Shown piece after piece: positions 16,292-25,014 of a stretch of DNA of 35,787 nucleotides. Source of the DNA: Thermoanaerobaculia bacterium (GTDB lineage: Bacteria; Acidobacteriota; Thermoanaerobaculia; Gp7-AA8); assembly GCA_035526885.1 (NCBI GenBank), contig DATLBM010000269.1, positions 1 through 35,787 on the forward strand, given 5' to 3'. Numbering within the stretch: position 1 is the stretch's first letter; each line of letters starts with the position of its first letter. The notes beneath the pieces are model-generated. The model made no database searches, was not told the origin of the DNA, and saw only the letters and a list, made by a program, of their open reading frames with translations. The position numbers and the translations under genes were made by a program.

Positions 16292-17202
16292 GCGATGGCG
16301 AAGGTGGCCTGATCGAACGGGTACATCCGATTGGCCTTGAGGTATCCGTCGATGACGTTCGTGAGCAGGTTGCTGATCATCTGCAGGTTGCCGGGCGCAT
16401 TCAGCGTGGCATTGATCGAGTTGATGACCGATGACCGCGCCTGCGCGCTGTTGAACGCCTTCATGGCCATGTTGCTGTACGACTGCGGGTTCGCGCCTTT
16501 GGGAATGCTGGTGATGTTGATATTCACCTGCATGCCCGGTGAGCCGTCCTTGTACGCGGCCGGGAAGAAATTCACGGCCGTGACGGCGAGAGTGAGCACT
16601 CCCGGCGCGAGGTTGGTGATGGTGAAGTCGAGATTGCAGTAGCCGCTCTGCACCGCGCCCAGGGCCGGGTCGGGCATCGTGGCCGTGAAGTTGCCGTTGC
16701 CGGTCTCCGGCGTGGCCGGTTTCGAGCACGTCTTCTGGTCATTGCTGCAGCAGCAGTAGTTGACGAACGTCCAGTCGCCCTTGATGGTGATGGGTTTGGG
16801 GAAGGTGTTCAGCGTGCCGAAGTCCGCGCGCGTCTTGACCTTCATTCCATCGGGCGGCTGGGCGATGGGACGCGCCAGCACCGCGTTGGCCAGTCCGCCG
16901 ATCAGCCCGCCGACGATGTTCAGCGTCGGGTAGTACGGCGGGATGGTGGCGGTGATGTAGCTGGCCACGTCGCCGCACGGCGAGTCCACGACGTCGATGC
17001 TGGCGCAGATCGGCGCCGCCGCTTCCAGCATCCCCGGATCCGTGAGCTGGCCCAGATCCCAGCCGAACGGACCGTACGGGTCGTACTTGTTCTTCAGAAT
17101 GAAGTTCGGGAGGTACCAGTCGCCGGAATTGGGGTCGTTCAGTTTCGGGTACAGACCATCCATGATCTGCTGGATGTACTCCTGCATCGTGATGCCGGCC
17201 AT
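16288..17202 (-). CDS. hypothetical protein, 304 aa, no recognised family; layout reminiscent of a BPI/TULIP-type domain
   Basis: AGGAGG lies 5 nt upstream of the ATG. GC3 is high. Arg-poor and Asn/Ser/Thr-rich. Cys cluster NYCCCSNDQKTCSKP. No N-terminal signal peptide or TM segment is visible. Confidence 0.7.
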   Translation of the reverse strand: MAGITMQEYIQQIMDGLYPKLNDPNSGDWYLPNFILKNKYDPYGPFGWDLGQLTDPGMLEAAAPICASIDVVDSPCGDVASYITATIPPYYPTLNIVGGLIGGLANAVLARPIAQPPDGMKVKTRADFGTLNTFPKPITIKGDWTFVNYCCCSNDQKTCSKPATPETGNGNFTATMPDPALGAVQSGYCNLDFTITNLAPGVLTLAVTAVNFFPAAYKDGSPGMQVNINITSIPKGANPQSYSNMAMKAFNSAQARSSVINSINATLNAPGNLQMISNLLTNVIDGYLKANRMYPFDQATFAIA

Positions 17203-17211
17203 GAAACCCTC

Positions 17212-19854
17212 CTACGCGTTCAGTGCGGTCAGGAACTCGGAATAGCTCAGGTTGCGATACTGCTCGAGCTTCGGCAGGAGCTCGGCCGCCGAGGCTTGCA
17301 GGGTGGGACTTCCTTGCGCGGATGCGTTCTGCAGCAGCGCCATGAACGACGGGACGAACTCCTGGCTGCCCCCGCCGCTGACGCTCTCGTTCATGGAGTG
17401 CCGTTGGGCGCGCATGGCCGGCTCGATCTCGTCGCGGTTGAGATAGTAGTGGTAGAGCACTTCCTGTCCCTTCGGCGTGTCGAGCAGGTCGGCCATGAAG
17501 GCGGGATGCGTGCGCGCCGAGGCCGAGGTGAACGACGGGCTGAGCGCGGAGTTGCCGCTCTCGACGCCGCACACCGCCAGCAGCGCGTCGATGACGCTGG
17601 TGGCGAGATTCCACGCGTCCTGGAGCAGCATGCCGAAGAACGCGGCCACTTTCTCCGCGATCTCGGCGATGGCCAGCCCGATCTGATAGAGCAGCTTGAT
17701 GAGCGCTTCGGCCGCCTGCAGGAAGATCTCCAGAATGGCCTTGGCGTTGTTGAGGATGAGGTTCTTGAGGAACGCCCCGAAATCGGAGAACGCGTTGGTG
17801 ATGTCCGAGAGCTGCAGATTGAGCGACAGATTGAAGCTGAGTGAGCCCCACGAGAAGGAGAGCTTGGCCGACACGTACGGCGCCGAGGTGGGCATGAAGC
17901 CGCCGCAGAGCGGCTGGCTCGGAACGATGGTCCCGAAGGCGAAGCAGACGGCGACCTTCGGCGTGGGAATCGTGAACTGCGGAATGGGGCCCCACGGTCC
18001 GAGAGTGATGTCGGGCGGCGAGAAGGAGCAATCCACGGACGCCGCGAAGTCGCCTTTGTCCGGGATGAACTCGCAATGCATCTTGTCGCTGAAGATGTTG
18101 CCCGCGCCGAGGGTCACGTCGAACTCGAAGGAGTCGCTCGAGGCCACGACGTACACCGAGGAGCTGAGGAACCCGAGCAGCGAGATGGCCGCGTTCATGA
18201 CGAAGTACGCGTTCGACACTCCCGGCGCCTGGCAGTAGCCGCCCGATCCGGTGGTGTCGATGCAGGCCGAGGGTCCCTTCGTGCCGGTGACGTCGGAGAG
18301 CTTGAGGAGCTGCACGCCTCCGGCGCTGACGACGATCGGACCGCCGTTCTGGCTGATCGATCCCTTGGCCTGCACGGCCGTCTGCGGCGAGGTGATGAGC
18401 GAGAACGCGAAGTCGAGGTCGTAGCCGAAGAAGTTGATGTCGCCTGTCGCGCCGACGCCGGGCTGGTAGGTCTTGCCCTGGTAGAGGATCGGCGCGGCCA
18501 CCGCGAAGAACTCGAGATCGGTGAAGGAGATGTCGTTCAGCAGCGGGAAGTTGTTCAGGTTCAGCGAGGGGATGAAGTCGGTGATGAGGTTGGCCAGCGT
18601 GACGGACTTGCCGGCGTCCGACGGAGCGAGCTTGGCGTAGACGAAGCTGGGCGCCTCGAAGTCGAGGATGGCCGTGGCCACCGAGAGGTTGACGGGATTG
18701 GGCTGGCCGGTGCCGATCTGGATCGTGCCGCCCAGTCCGATGGCGATGCCCTCGGCGCTCAACCCAAGGCTGATGGACACGCTGAGGATGGTCAGGTTCT
18801 GGATGCCGAAGGGATGGGTCCACGAGCCGGTGCCGCTGATCGTGAGCTCGACGTTCAGGCTGGGCGTGCTGCCGTACGTGAAGCTGCCCTCTCCGCCGAG
18901 CGTCAGCGTCTCGCTCGCCGAGATGTTGAACAGGGCGTTGATGGTGATGTCGATCTCGCCGGAGCTCGCGGAGGTGGATTTCCACGCCAGCGAGAACTCC
19001 TGGAAGTTGAACGCGTTCGTGGACTTCGGCTCGGTGAGCGTGGCCACCACGCTCGCGCCGGCGATGCTGCCGCCGAGAGGGAGGTTCGCGAGGAGGCTGA
19101 GGGTCGTGCCCGCGGGGAAGAAGTCCTCCAGCGGTGCGAGCGTTCCGCCCTTCAACTGAATGGCGGCCAGGAACGTCAGTCCGCTGCTGATCTTCTTCGG
19201 CAGGTACGGAAGGTTCAGGCTCTTGAACGCGCTGAGATCGGTGAGGTCGATCGTCGAAACGAACACGCCCGTCTCGCCCACGATGGTGAGCGTGCCCACC
19301 ACCGGCCACTTCGAGCCCGGTGACCAGCTTCCCGTGAGAATGAACCCGCCGCCGATGCCGAGCTTCGAGGACGCGTACTTGACGACCAGGAGGCCGGTGC
19401 CGATGGGCGTGTTGTCGAGGCTCGTGGTGGCGTTGAGATCGAGCTCGTACGACTGGTCGCCGGGGTTGACGGCCAGCGCCGCGCTGCCGCTGGAGACGGT
19501 CAGGCTCGTGAATGGGTAGGTGTTCAGCACCGACGGCCACGCGTTCGACACGGGCCATGCGGAGGTGAAGCTCGCGTTGAAGTTCATCGTGACGTTGTCG
19601 TTCGTCGCGGTGAAGAGCGCGGTCGCGTCCCACTGGCTGAGCAGCGGCGCGGCGTTGCCGCTGCCCGTGATCTTGGCCGTGGCGCTGTCGCCGGTGAGCG
19701 CGAACGTCACGCCGTTCAGCTGCATGCTGCCGGTGAACAGATTCTCGATGGCGCCGCCGATCGCGGAGCCGAAGGAGTTGCCGATCGTCGACGGGATGTT
19801 GATGGACTTGCCGTCGCCGCTGACGTATCCCTGGAGTGTGCCTTTGACGTCCAT
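17212..19854 (-). CDS. hypothetical protein, 880 aa, beta-rich body with a helical C-terminal region; no recognised family
   Basis: AAGGAG lies 6 nt upstream of the ATG. Third positions are nearly all G/C, yet very few Arg occur. The protein is rich in Gly/Ser/Thr/Asn/Leu with a strand-like alternating pattern. C-terminal amphipathic helices: LKNLILNNAKAILEIFLQAAEALIKLLYQIGLAIAEIAEKVAAFF. Confidence 0.75.
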   Translation of the reverse strand: MDVKGTLQGYVSGDGKSINIPSTIGNSFGSAIGGAIENLFTGSMQLNGVTFALTGDSATAKITGSGNAAPLLSQWDATALFTATNDNVTMNFNASFTSAWPVSNAWPSVLNTYPFTSLTVSSGSAALAVNPGDQSYELDLNATTSLDNTPIGTGLLVVKYASSKLGIGGGFILTGSWSPGSKWPVVGTLTIVGETGVFVSTIDLTDLSAFKSLNLPYLPKKISSGLTFLAAIQLKGGTLAPLEDFFPAGTTLSLLANLPLGGSIAGASVVATLTEPKSTNAFNFQEFSLAWKSTSASSGEIDITINALFNISASETLTLGGEGSFTYGSTPSLNVELTISGTGSWTHPFGIQNLTILSVSISLGLSAEGIAIGLGGTIQIGTGQPNPVNLSVATAILDFEAPSFVYAKLAPSDAGKSVTLANLITDFIPSLNLNNFPLLNDISFTDLEFFAVAAPILYQGKTYQPGVGATGDINFFGYDLDFAFSLITSPQTAVQAKGSISQNGGPIVVSAGGVQLLKLSDVTGTKGPSACIDTTGSGGYCQAPGVSNAYFVMNAAISLLGFLSSSVYVVASSDSFEFDVTLGAGNIFSDKMHCEFIPDKGDFAASVDCSFSPPDITLGPWGPIPQFTIPTPKVAVCFAFGTIVPSQPLCGGFMPTSAPYVSAKLSFSWGSLSFNLSLNLQLSDITNAFSDFGAFLKNLILNNAKAILEIFLQAAEALIKLLYQIGLAIAEIAEKVAAFFGMLLQDAWNLATSVIDALLAVCGVESGNSALSPSFTSASARTHPAFMADLLDTPKGQEVLYHYYLNRDEIEPAMRAQRHSMNESVSGGGSQEFVPSFMALLQNASAQGSPTLQASAAELLPKLEQYRNLSYSEFLTALNA

Positions 19855-19869
19855 GTTGGTCTCCTTGCG

Positions 19870-21168
19870 TCAGGCGTTCGACTTGATCGCGGCGGTGAGC
19901 AGGGCCCCGAGGTAGGCGAGGAAGCTCGACTCGTTGAGGGCGGCCAGGACGCGCTGCCCGAGCACGCCCTTCAGGAAATTCGCGCGCTCGAGAGCGTTGT
20001 CGACTTCCGCATGCAGGTTCCCCGGGAACGCTCCCAGCTTCACCCGCACCTCGGGCGGCGCACCGCTGACGCTCGCCAGCGTCACCTTCGGCCCGCCGGC
20101 GTCCTGGGTGATCGTGCCGCTGACGGTGAGCGGCTGCGTGCCGAAGTACGAGAGGAACTCGCCGTCGATGGGACGGCCCGTGTTCTCGCGCAGGAGCACG
20201 CCGGCGCGCACGTCTTCCTCTTCCTTCTCGATCTCGGCGATGGCGATGGCCAGGTCATCACGCATCTGCGTGTCGAGGTACGGGGAGATGATCAGGTCCG
20301 CGGGCGGCACGGCCCCTTTTCTCAGCAGCACGGTCGAGGGAGGCTGCGAGGTATTGACCTTGTTCATCACGCCGTTCACGTTCGGCGTGGCCGAGACGGT
20401 GGGGCCCGAGTTGGACTGGAACTCCGAGGCCGCGTTGGCGGCGTCGGCGTTCTGCTGCGCGTTGCACGTGGCCACCACGAGCGTGTTCATGAAGAACGCG
20501 TGCGGGTTGTAGTCCGGATCGCCGTTGACCGGGGGACCGCCCGGATTGTTCGCGGCCCCGGCCGTCTGCTTGGCGAAAACGGCGGTGGTCTTGCCGTTGG
20601 TCTGGTAGTTCTGCCACCGCGCCACGTACTTGGAGTTCTGGTAGCACTGCGAGTAGGCGTCGTTGTACTGGTAGTACGTCGAGAGCATGAACCGGCCGCT
20701 GTCGGAGGTGGTGAGCTGGTTCTGGTACGCCTTCGCCGCGGCGATGTTGGAGTCATCGCCGGGCTCTCCCGACGCGCCGGCGTCGCTTCGCAGCGACTCG
20801 AACGCGGTGCGCATCGCCGAGGCGCTGGCGCGCCCGCGCCGCAGCGTGTACTTGCCGGAGTACTTCAGCTCAGGGAAGCGGATCGTGCCGGTGAAGGCCC
20901 CCGTCGCCTCGTCGAAGGTGAAGTCGTCACCCGTGATGGTGTCGAGGTTCTGGACCTCGTTCTCGTAGAGGTTCACGTCGACGCTGCCCCACGGCTCGTG
21001 ATTGAGAAGCACGACGGGGCCGGTGGGCTTGAAGGTCAGGACGGGCATGCGCCGGTGACGGTGGCGCGCGGACGGAGAGCCCGCCACCTTTGCGGAGAGG
21101 AACGGATTCGTGTCTTGCCAGAGGGAACGCCATGCGGCGGCTACTCGTGAGCCGAGGGGAGAAGCCAT
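19870..21168 (-). CDS. hypothetical protein, 432 aa, no recognised family
   Basis: AAGGAG lies 6 nt upstream of ATG 21168; the track start at 21228 has no RBS. Gln/Asn/Ala/Thr-rich central region. 15-bp gap to the next gene. Confidence 0.7.
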   Translation of the reverse strand: MASPLGSRVAAAWRSLWQDTNPFLSAKVAGSPSARHRHRRMPVLTFKPTGPVVLLNHEPWGSVDVNLYENEVQNLDTITGDDFTFDEATGAFTGTIRFPELKYSGKYTLRRGRASASAMRTAFESLRSDAGASGEPGDDSNIAAAKAYQNQLTTSDSGRFMLSTYYQYNDAYSQCYQNSKYVARWQNYQTNGKTTAVFAKQTAGAANNPGGPPVNGDPDYNPHAFFMNTLVVATCNAQQNADAANAASEFQSNSGPTVSATPNVNGVMNKVNTSQPPSTVLLRKGAVPPADLIISPYLDTQMRDDLAIAIAEIEKEEEDVRAGVLLRENTGRPIDGEFLSYFGTQPLTVSGTITQDAGGPKVTLASVSGAPPEVRVKLGAFPGNLHAEVDNALERANFLKGVLGQRVLAALNESSFLAYLGALLTAAIKSNA

Positions 21169-21296
21169 CGATTTCTCCTTGCGACGTGATTTGGGCTGAG
21201 TGCGGGGGGAACGGCAGGTATGGTACACAGCCCGCGGCAGGTCCGCAGTAATTAATTTACGTTTCTACGCAAATCCGAAAGGATTGACTACCGCAC
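21169..21296. promoter_or_regulatory. divergent promoter region between the unknown operon and the polyprenyl synthase gene
   Basis: 128-bp gap containing the most AT-rich stretch of the window (CAGTAATTAATTTACGTTTCTACGCAAATCC). Genes diverge on both sides. No promoter hexamers were assigned. Confidence 0.4.
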
Positions 21297-22313
21297 GTGT
21301 CCGATCCAGTCCATGAAGCACGCGCCCTCGTCGCCGGAGATCTGGCGCGTTTCGAGTCCACTCTCACCGCGGCGCTCGTGCCGCAGGCGCCGTACCTTTC
21401 CGAGACGGAGTACGAGACCTACCGGCGCGGAAAAAAACTGCGCCCGCTGATCCTGCTGCTCTCCAGCCGCCTCTGCGCCGGGGCCGAGGGCGAGCTGCCG
21501 CAGAAGGCGATCAACGCGTCGGTGTCGCTGGAGATGCTGCACGTGGCCACGCTGATCCACGACGACATCGTGGACGTCGCGCCGATGCGCCGCGGCCTGC
21601 GCACGGTGTACTCGGAGCGCGGCACGGAGATGGCGGTGCTGATCGGCGACCTGCAGTTCATCCAGGCGGTGCGCTGCTTCGCCGAGGGGATCGAGACGAA
21701 GGACGACATGCGCCTGGTGAACGAGGTGCTCAACGTCGGCTTCCAGATCTGCTGCGGAGAGCTGGACGAGATCATGACCGACCCCACGCTCGATGCGGAG
21801 GCGCTGGAGAAGCGCTACATGCAGACGGTGAATCGCAAGACCGCGGCGCTGTTCGCGCTGGCGTGCGAGTCGGGCGCGCTGCTCGCGGGCGGATCGAAGT
21901 CGCAGGCCTTTCACCTCAGCCAGTTCGGGCGCCGCTTCGGCGTGGCGTTCCAGATCATGGACGACGTCTTCGACTTCGTGCGTCCTGAGGCGTTGTCGGG
22001 CAAGGCGCCGGGCAAGGACCTGGAGCAGGGGCGCGTGACGCTGCCGCTGATCTACGCGCTGCCGGAGCTCGGCGCGGAGCATCCGGCGCAGCGCATGATG
22101 CGCCGCGAGACGTTCACGCACGCGGAGCTCGATCGCACGGTGCACGACGTCACGCAGTCGGACGGCATGCTGCGCGCGTACTCGAAGGCCCGGAAGATCA
22201 CGCTGGAGGCGGTGGACTTCCTGTCGTGGTTCCCGCAGTCCCCGTACCGCGACGCGCTGCTGGCGATGTCGCACTACATCATCGACCGCGGGTTTCTGTC
22301 GCCGGAGGCGTGA
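21297..22313 (+). CDS. trans-polyprenyl diphosphate synthase (class I isoprenoid synthase)
   Basis: GKKLRPLILL, first aspartate-rich motif LIHDDIVD, second motif FQIMDDVFD, and GKAPGKDLEQGRVTLP. Confidence 0.9.
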   Translation: MSDPVHEARALVAGDLARFESTLTAALVPQAPYLSETEYETYRRGKKLRPLILLLSSRLCAGAEGELPQKAINASVSLEMLHVATLIHDDIVDVAPMRRGLRTVYSERGTEMAVLIGDLQFIQAVRCFAEGIETKDDMRLVNEVLNVGFQICCGELDEIMTDPTLDAEALEKRYMQTVNRKTAALFALACESGALLAGGSKSQAFHLSQFGRRFGVAFQIMDDVFDFVRPEALSGKAPGKDLEQGRVTLPLIYALPELGAEHPAQRMMRRETFTHAELDRTVHDVTQSDGMLRAYSKARKITLEAVDFLSWFPQSPYRDALLAMSHYIIDRGFLSPEA

Positions 22314-23278
22314 GGCCGCGCGTCATCGTCGCTCAGAATTTCGAATGCTGCGCGATGGCGTGTGACCAGCGTTCGCGCCGGTTCGCCTTTGCGAACGATC
22401 GAAAATTGTGCGCTGGCGAGCTTCGTGTTCAGACAGATTTTTTCGCCGCCCGGCGGATTTTGATACCGCAGTCCGACGAACGCGCTCATCGGCGCCTCGA
22501 TCCGGCCCGATACGCGGACGTCCCGCGTTCGCGCTTCGATCGTCCAGGCGAAGGAGCGAACCTCGGCCGCCGTGCGCAGCGCCCGAAACAGTCCGTTGAG
22601 CGCGATCTCACGGCCCTGATCGCGCAACACCAGAAAGGTCAGCCGCGGGCTCCACACCGGACCGATCCTGATCTGTGCGGTCGCACATTCGAGAAACGAC
22701 TCGGGAGCGTTGTCAAAGCCGGCCACCTGCCCCCACGCGTATCGATCGGTGTGCTGGGTGCCCCAGTTGTGATTCTGGCTGCCTCTCCACTCCTGCACCG
22801 GCACGCTCACTCCGTCGATCACGAGGCTGCCCGTGTATCGAGCGTCTGGTGCGCCAACCAAAACCTTCGCCTTGGGAAAGCGTTTCGAATAGAGCTCCGC
22901 CGGCAGCAGGAGCAAGGGAGGCTCGGCGCTTTCATAGCGCAAGGCCCACTCGAACGTGTGCGACGGCGATGCAGCGCGACCGTGAAGCTCGCCGTCCCGC
23001 AGAACGGCGTCCCGGATGCGAACATCGAGCCGCAACGGCGAGAAATGACATTCGGCGATCGGCAGCGCTTCCTGGACAGCCACGATCTCGCCGCGCTCAC
23101 CATCGAAATAGATCGCCCAGAGCTCGCCGCGGGCCAGGTCCGGACGTTGCCGTGGCGAGAAGACCGTGTAGCGAATCCAGAATGCCAGGGGACGCGAAGG
23201 ATGGTTGGCGCGCTGGAAGTAGCTCTCGTAAAAGCCGGCAGCATCTTCGGGTCGAAACCTCGACGCATTCCAGTCCAC
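22274..23278 (-). CDS. hypothetical protein, tocopherol-cyclase-like / CrtC-like fold suspected
   Basis: Only the C-terminal 334 aa of the 1176-aa ORF look coding; GTG at 23278. FYESYFQRANHP..RPLAFWIRYTVF and WRGSQNHNWG...RYAWGQV resemble the FEGWYFR and EKNWG motifs of tocopherol cyclases. It overlaps the 3' end of the convergent synthase gene by 40 bp. Confidence 0.5.
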   Translation of the reverse strand: MDWNASRFRPEDAAGFYESYFQRANHPSRPLAFWIRYTVFSPRQRPDLARGELWAIYFDGERGEIVAVQEALPIAECHFSPLRLDVRIRDAVLRDGELHGRAASPSHTFEWALRYESAEPPLLLLPAELYSKRFPKAKVLVGAPDARYTGSLVIDGVSVPVQEWRGSQNHNWGTQHTDRYAWGQVAGFDNAPESFLECATAQIRIGPVWSPRLTFLVLRDQGREIALNGLFRALRTAAEVRSFAWTIEARTRDVRVSGRIEAPMSAFVGLRYQNPPGGEKICLNTKLASAQFSIVRKGEPARTLVTRHRAAFEILSDDDARPHASGDRNPRSMM

Positions 23279-23289
23279 GTTGGGTTGAC

Positions 23290-25014
23290 CTACGTCAGGC
23301 GCGCGAGCATCGCCAGCTCGCCGGACTCGTCGCCGCCCAGCGATCGGAAAAGCGTCGTCCACTTCTGGCGCAGCGCGCCCTGCAGCGGCGGCATGCGCAT
23401 GCGCGCGGGATTCGGGAATCCCGCCTCGCGCAGCGCGCGCGTGAGCGAGCGCTCGTTGAAGAACTGGTAATGCGCGACGGGATTCACCGCGTCCCACTCC
23501 TTGCCGAAGATCCGGAACTGCCACGACTCGCTGTCCGGCACGGCCAGGTACAGAACGCCGCCGGGGTTGAGCGCCTGCGCGATCTGGCGCAGCGCGGCGT
23601 TCGGATCGCCGAGGTGCTCGAGGACGTGCGTCATGACGATGGCGTCGAACGAGCCCCAGGGCAGGAGGTCGCTGCCGAGATGCGCCACGGCCAGATGCGA
23701 GCCGAACATCGCGTCCAGCTCCGCCGTGCGCGCGCGCGAGGTCTCCACGCCGTACACCTGGAAGCCGTGCGCGCGCGCGGTGCGCAGCAGGTACCCGGAG
23801 CCGTAGCCGATGTCGAGCAGCCGCGGTCCGGGCGCGTGCTTGCGCAGCAGGCGGCACAGATAGTCCGCATAGATTTTCTGCGTCTGCAGAAATCCATCCT
23901 CGGACGCATCGAGCTCCTCGCCGAGGCGCTTCTGCACTTCCGGCTTCACGCGCGGGCTCACGTAGATGTGCGCGCACGTCGCGCAGCGGTGGTAGTCGAA
24001 GCGGTGCTTGCGGAAGATGGTGGCGTCGTTGCGCGCGCCGCATACGGGGCAGTCGACGGTCTCGAATGCGTCGTCGCCGAGGCGATCGCGAAAGTCGTTC
24101 GAGTTGGAGTGCCAGAAGAGATGCAGCGCCTCGGCCGGATCGGGAAGCGGTGCGGGAGTGAAGAGGCTTTCGATCTCCGCCTTCGTTTCGTCGAGCTTGG
24201 CCAGCGCGATGGCGCGGGCGGAGTCGTCGAGCGCGTCCGCCATCTCCTGCAGCGCGGCGACGTCTTTGCCGATGACGGAGCGGACGTCGTCGCCGAAGAT
24301 CGCGGCGATGTTCGGCCGCGACTGCTCGGCATCGCGCTCGCGGTCCTGCAGGTCGTTCACCTTCTGCGCGAGCGCGTAGTAGCGGCGCAGGAACGGATAG
24401 AGCGGCGACTGCAATTCGGGATCGAGAGCGGCGTAGAGGATGCGCCAGTACTCGACGTTCTTCAGCTCCACGAGCCGCTCGTAAAACTCGGGCGACCAGT
24501 CCTCGCGCGGGCTGCGCTCCATGAGGATGCCGGCCAGGAGAGCGCGTGCGGCATCGATGATCGCGGCCGTCTGCGCGCCGGCGCGCGCGTGCTGCAAGCC
24601 CTCGAAGCAGAGCAGGAGGGCCATCACGACGGTGAGCGATTCCGCCTCCGGCCCGCCGCCCTCGCGCGCCAGCGTGGCCAGCAGCGTCTCGCGGCGGCCG
24701 CGGTAGAGGAAGTGGCGATCGAGGTAATCGTCGAGCAGGCGGCCGGCGAAGTAGATCAACACGCTGGCCGAGAGATCGGCGCGAAAGCGCTCCTCGTCGG
24801 GCTGGATGACGACGGCGAGCTGCGGCAGGTCCCAGGTAGTCCAGCTCAGCCAGTGCAGGTAGTCCGCGGTCTTGTCCGCGAGGGCTCGCGTGGAAGGGTT
24901 GCCGCCGGACACGAGGTCGATGTTGCGGCGCATGCGCTCGATGGCGTCGACGACCGCGCCCGTAACGATGGCGCGATAGCGCTCCTCGATGGTCTCGGCG
25001 GCGGTGACGGTCAT
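23290..25014 (-). CDS. two-domain protein: N-terminal all-helical isoprenoid-synthase-like domain fused to a zinc-ribbon plus class I SAM methyltransferase
   Basis: ATG 25014 overlaps the upstream stop (ATGA). N-terminal RLLDDYLD (DDxxD) and VNDLQDRERD (NSE/DTE-like). Then CPVCG...CATC, LLDIGYGSGYL (motif I) and LNPGGVLYLAVPD. Confidence 0.7.
   Translation of the reverse strand: MTVTAAETIEERYRAIVTGAVVDAIERMRRNIDLVSGGNPSTRALADKTADYLHWLSWTTWDLPQLAVVIQPDEERFRADLSASVLIYFAGRLLDDYLDRHFLYRGRRETLLATLAREGGGPEAESLTVVMALLLCFEGLQHARAGAQTAAIIDAARALLAGILMERSPREDWSPEFYERLVELKNVEYWRILYAALDPELQSPLYPFLRRYYALAQKVNDLQDRERDAEQSRPNIAAIFGDDVRSVIGKDVAALQEMADALDDSARAIALAKLDETKAEIESLFTPAPLPDPAEALHLFWHSNSNDFRDRLGDDAFETVDCPVCGARNDATIFRKHRFDYHRCATCAHIYVSPRVKPEVQKRLGEELDASEDGFLQTQKIYADYLCRLLRKHAPGPRLLDIGYGSGYLLRTARAHGFQVYGVETSRARTAELDAMFGSHLAVAHLGSDLLPWGSFDAIVMTHVLEHLGDPNAALRQIAQALNPGGVLYLAVPDSESWQFRIFGKEWDAVNPVAHYQFFNERSLTRALREAGFPNPARMRMPPLQGALRQKWTTLFRSLGGDESGELAMLARLT

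Noticed and set aside
16739-19633. 964-aa minus-strand ORF, out of frame with the 880-aa gene
   Set aside because: It is His/Arg/Pro-rich nonsense-like sequence with no RBS. The 17212..19854 frame has a canonical AAGGAG RBS and near-uniform G/C third positions.
21169-21228. 20-codon N-terminal extension of the 452-aa ORF (MYHTCRSPRTQPKSRRKEKS)
   Set aside because: The strong AAGGAG RBS lies inside this extension, positioned for ATG 21168, and there is no RBS before 21228.
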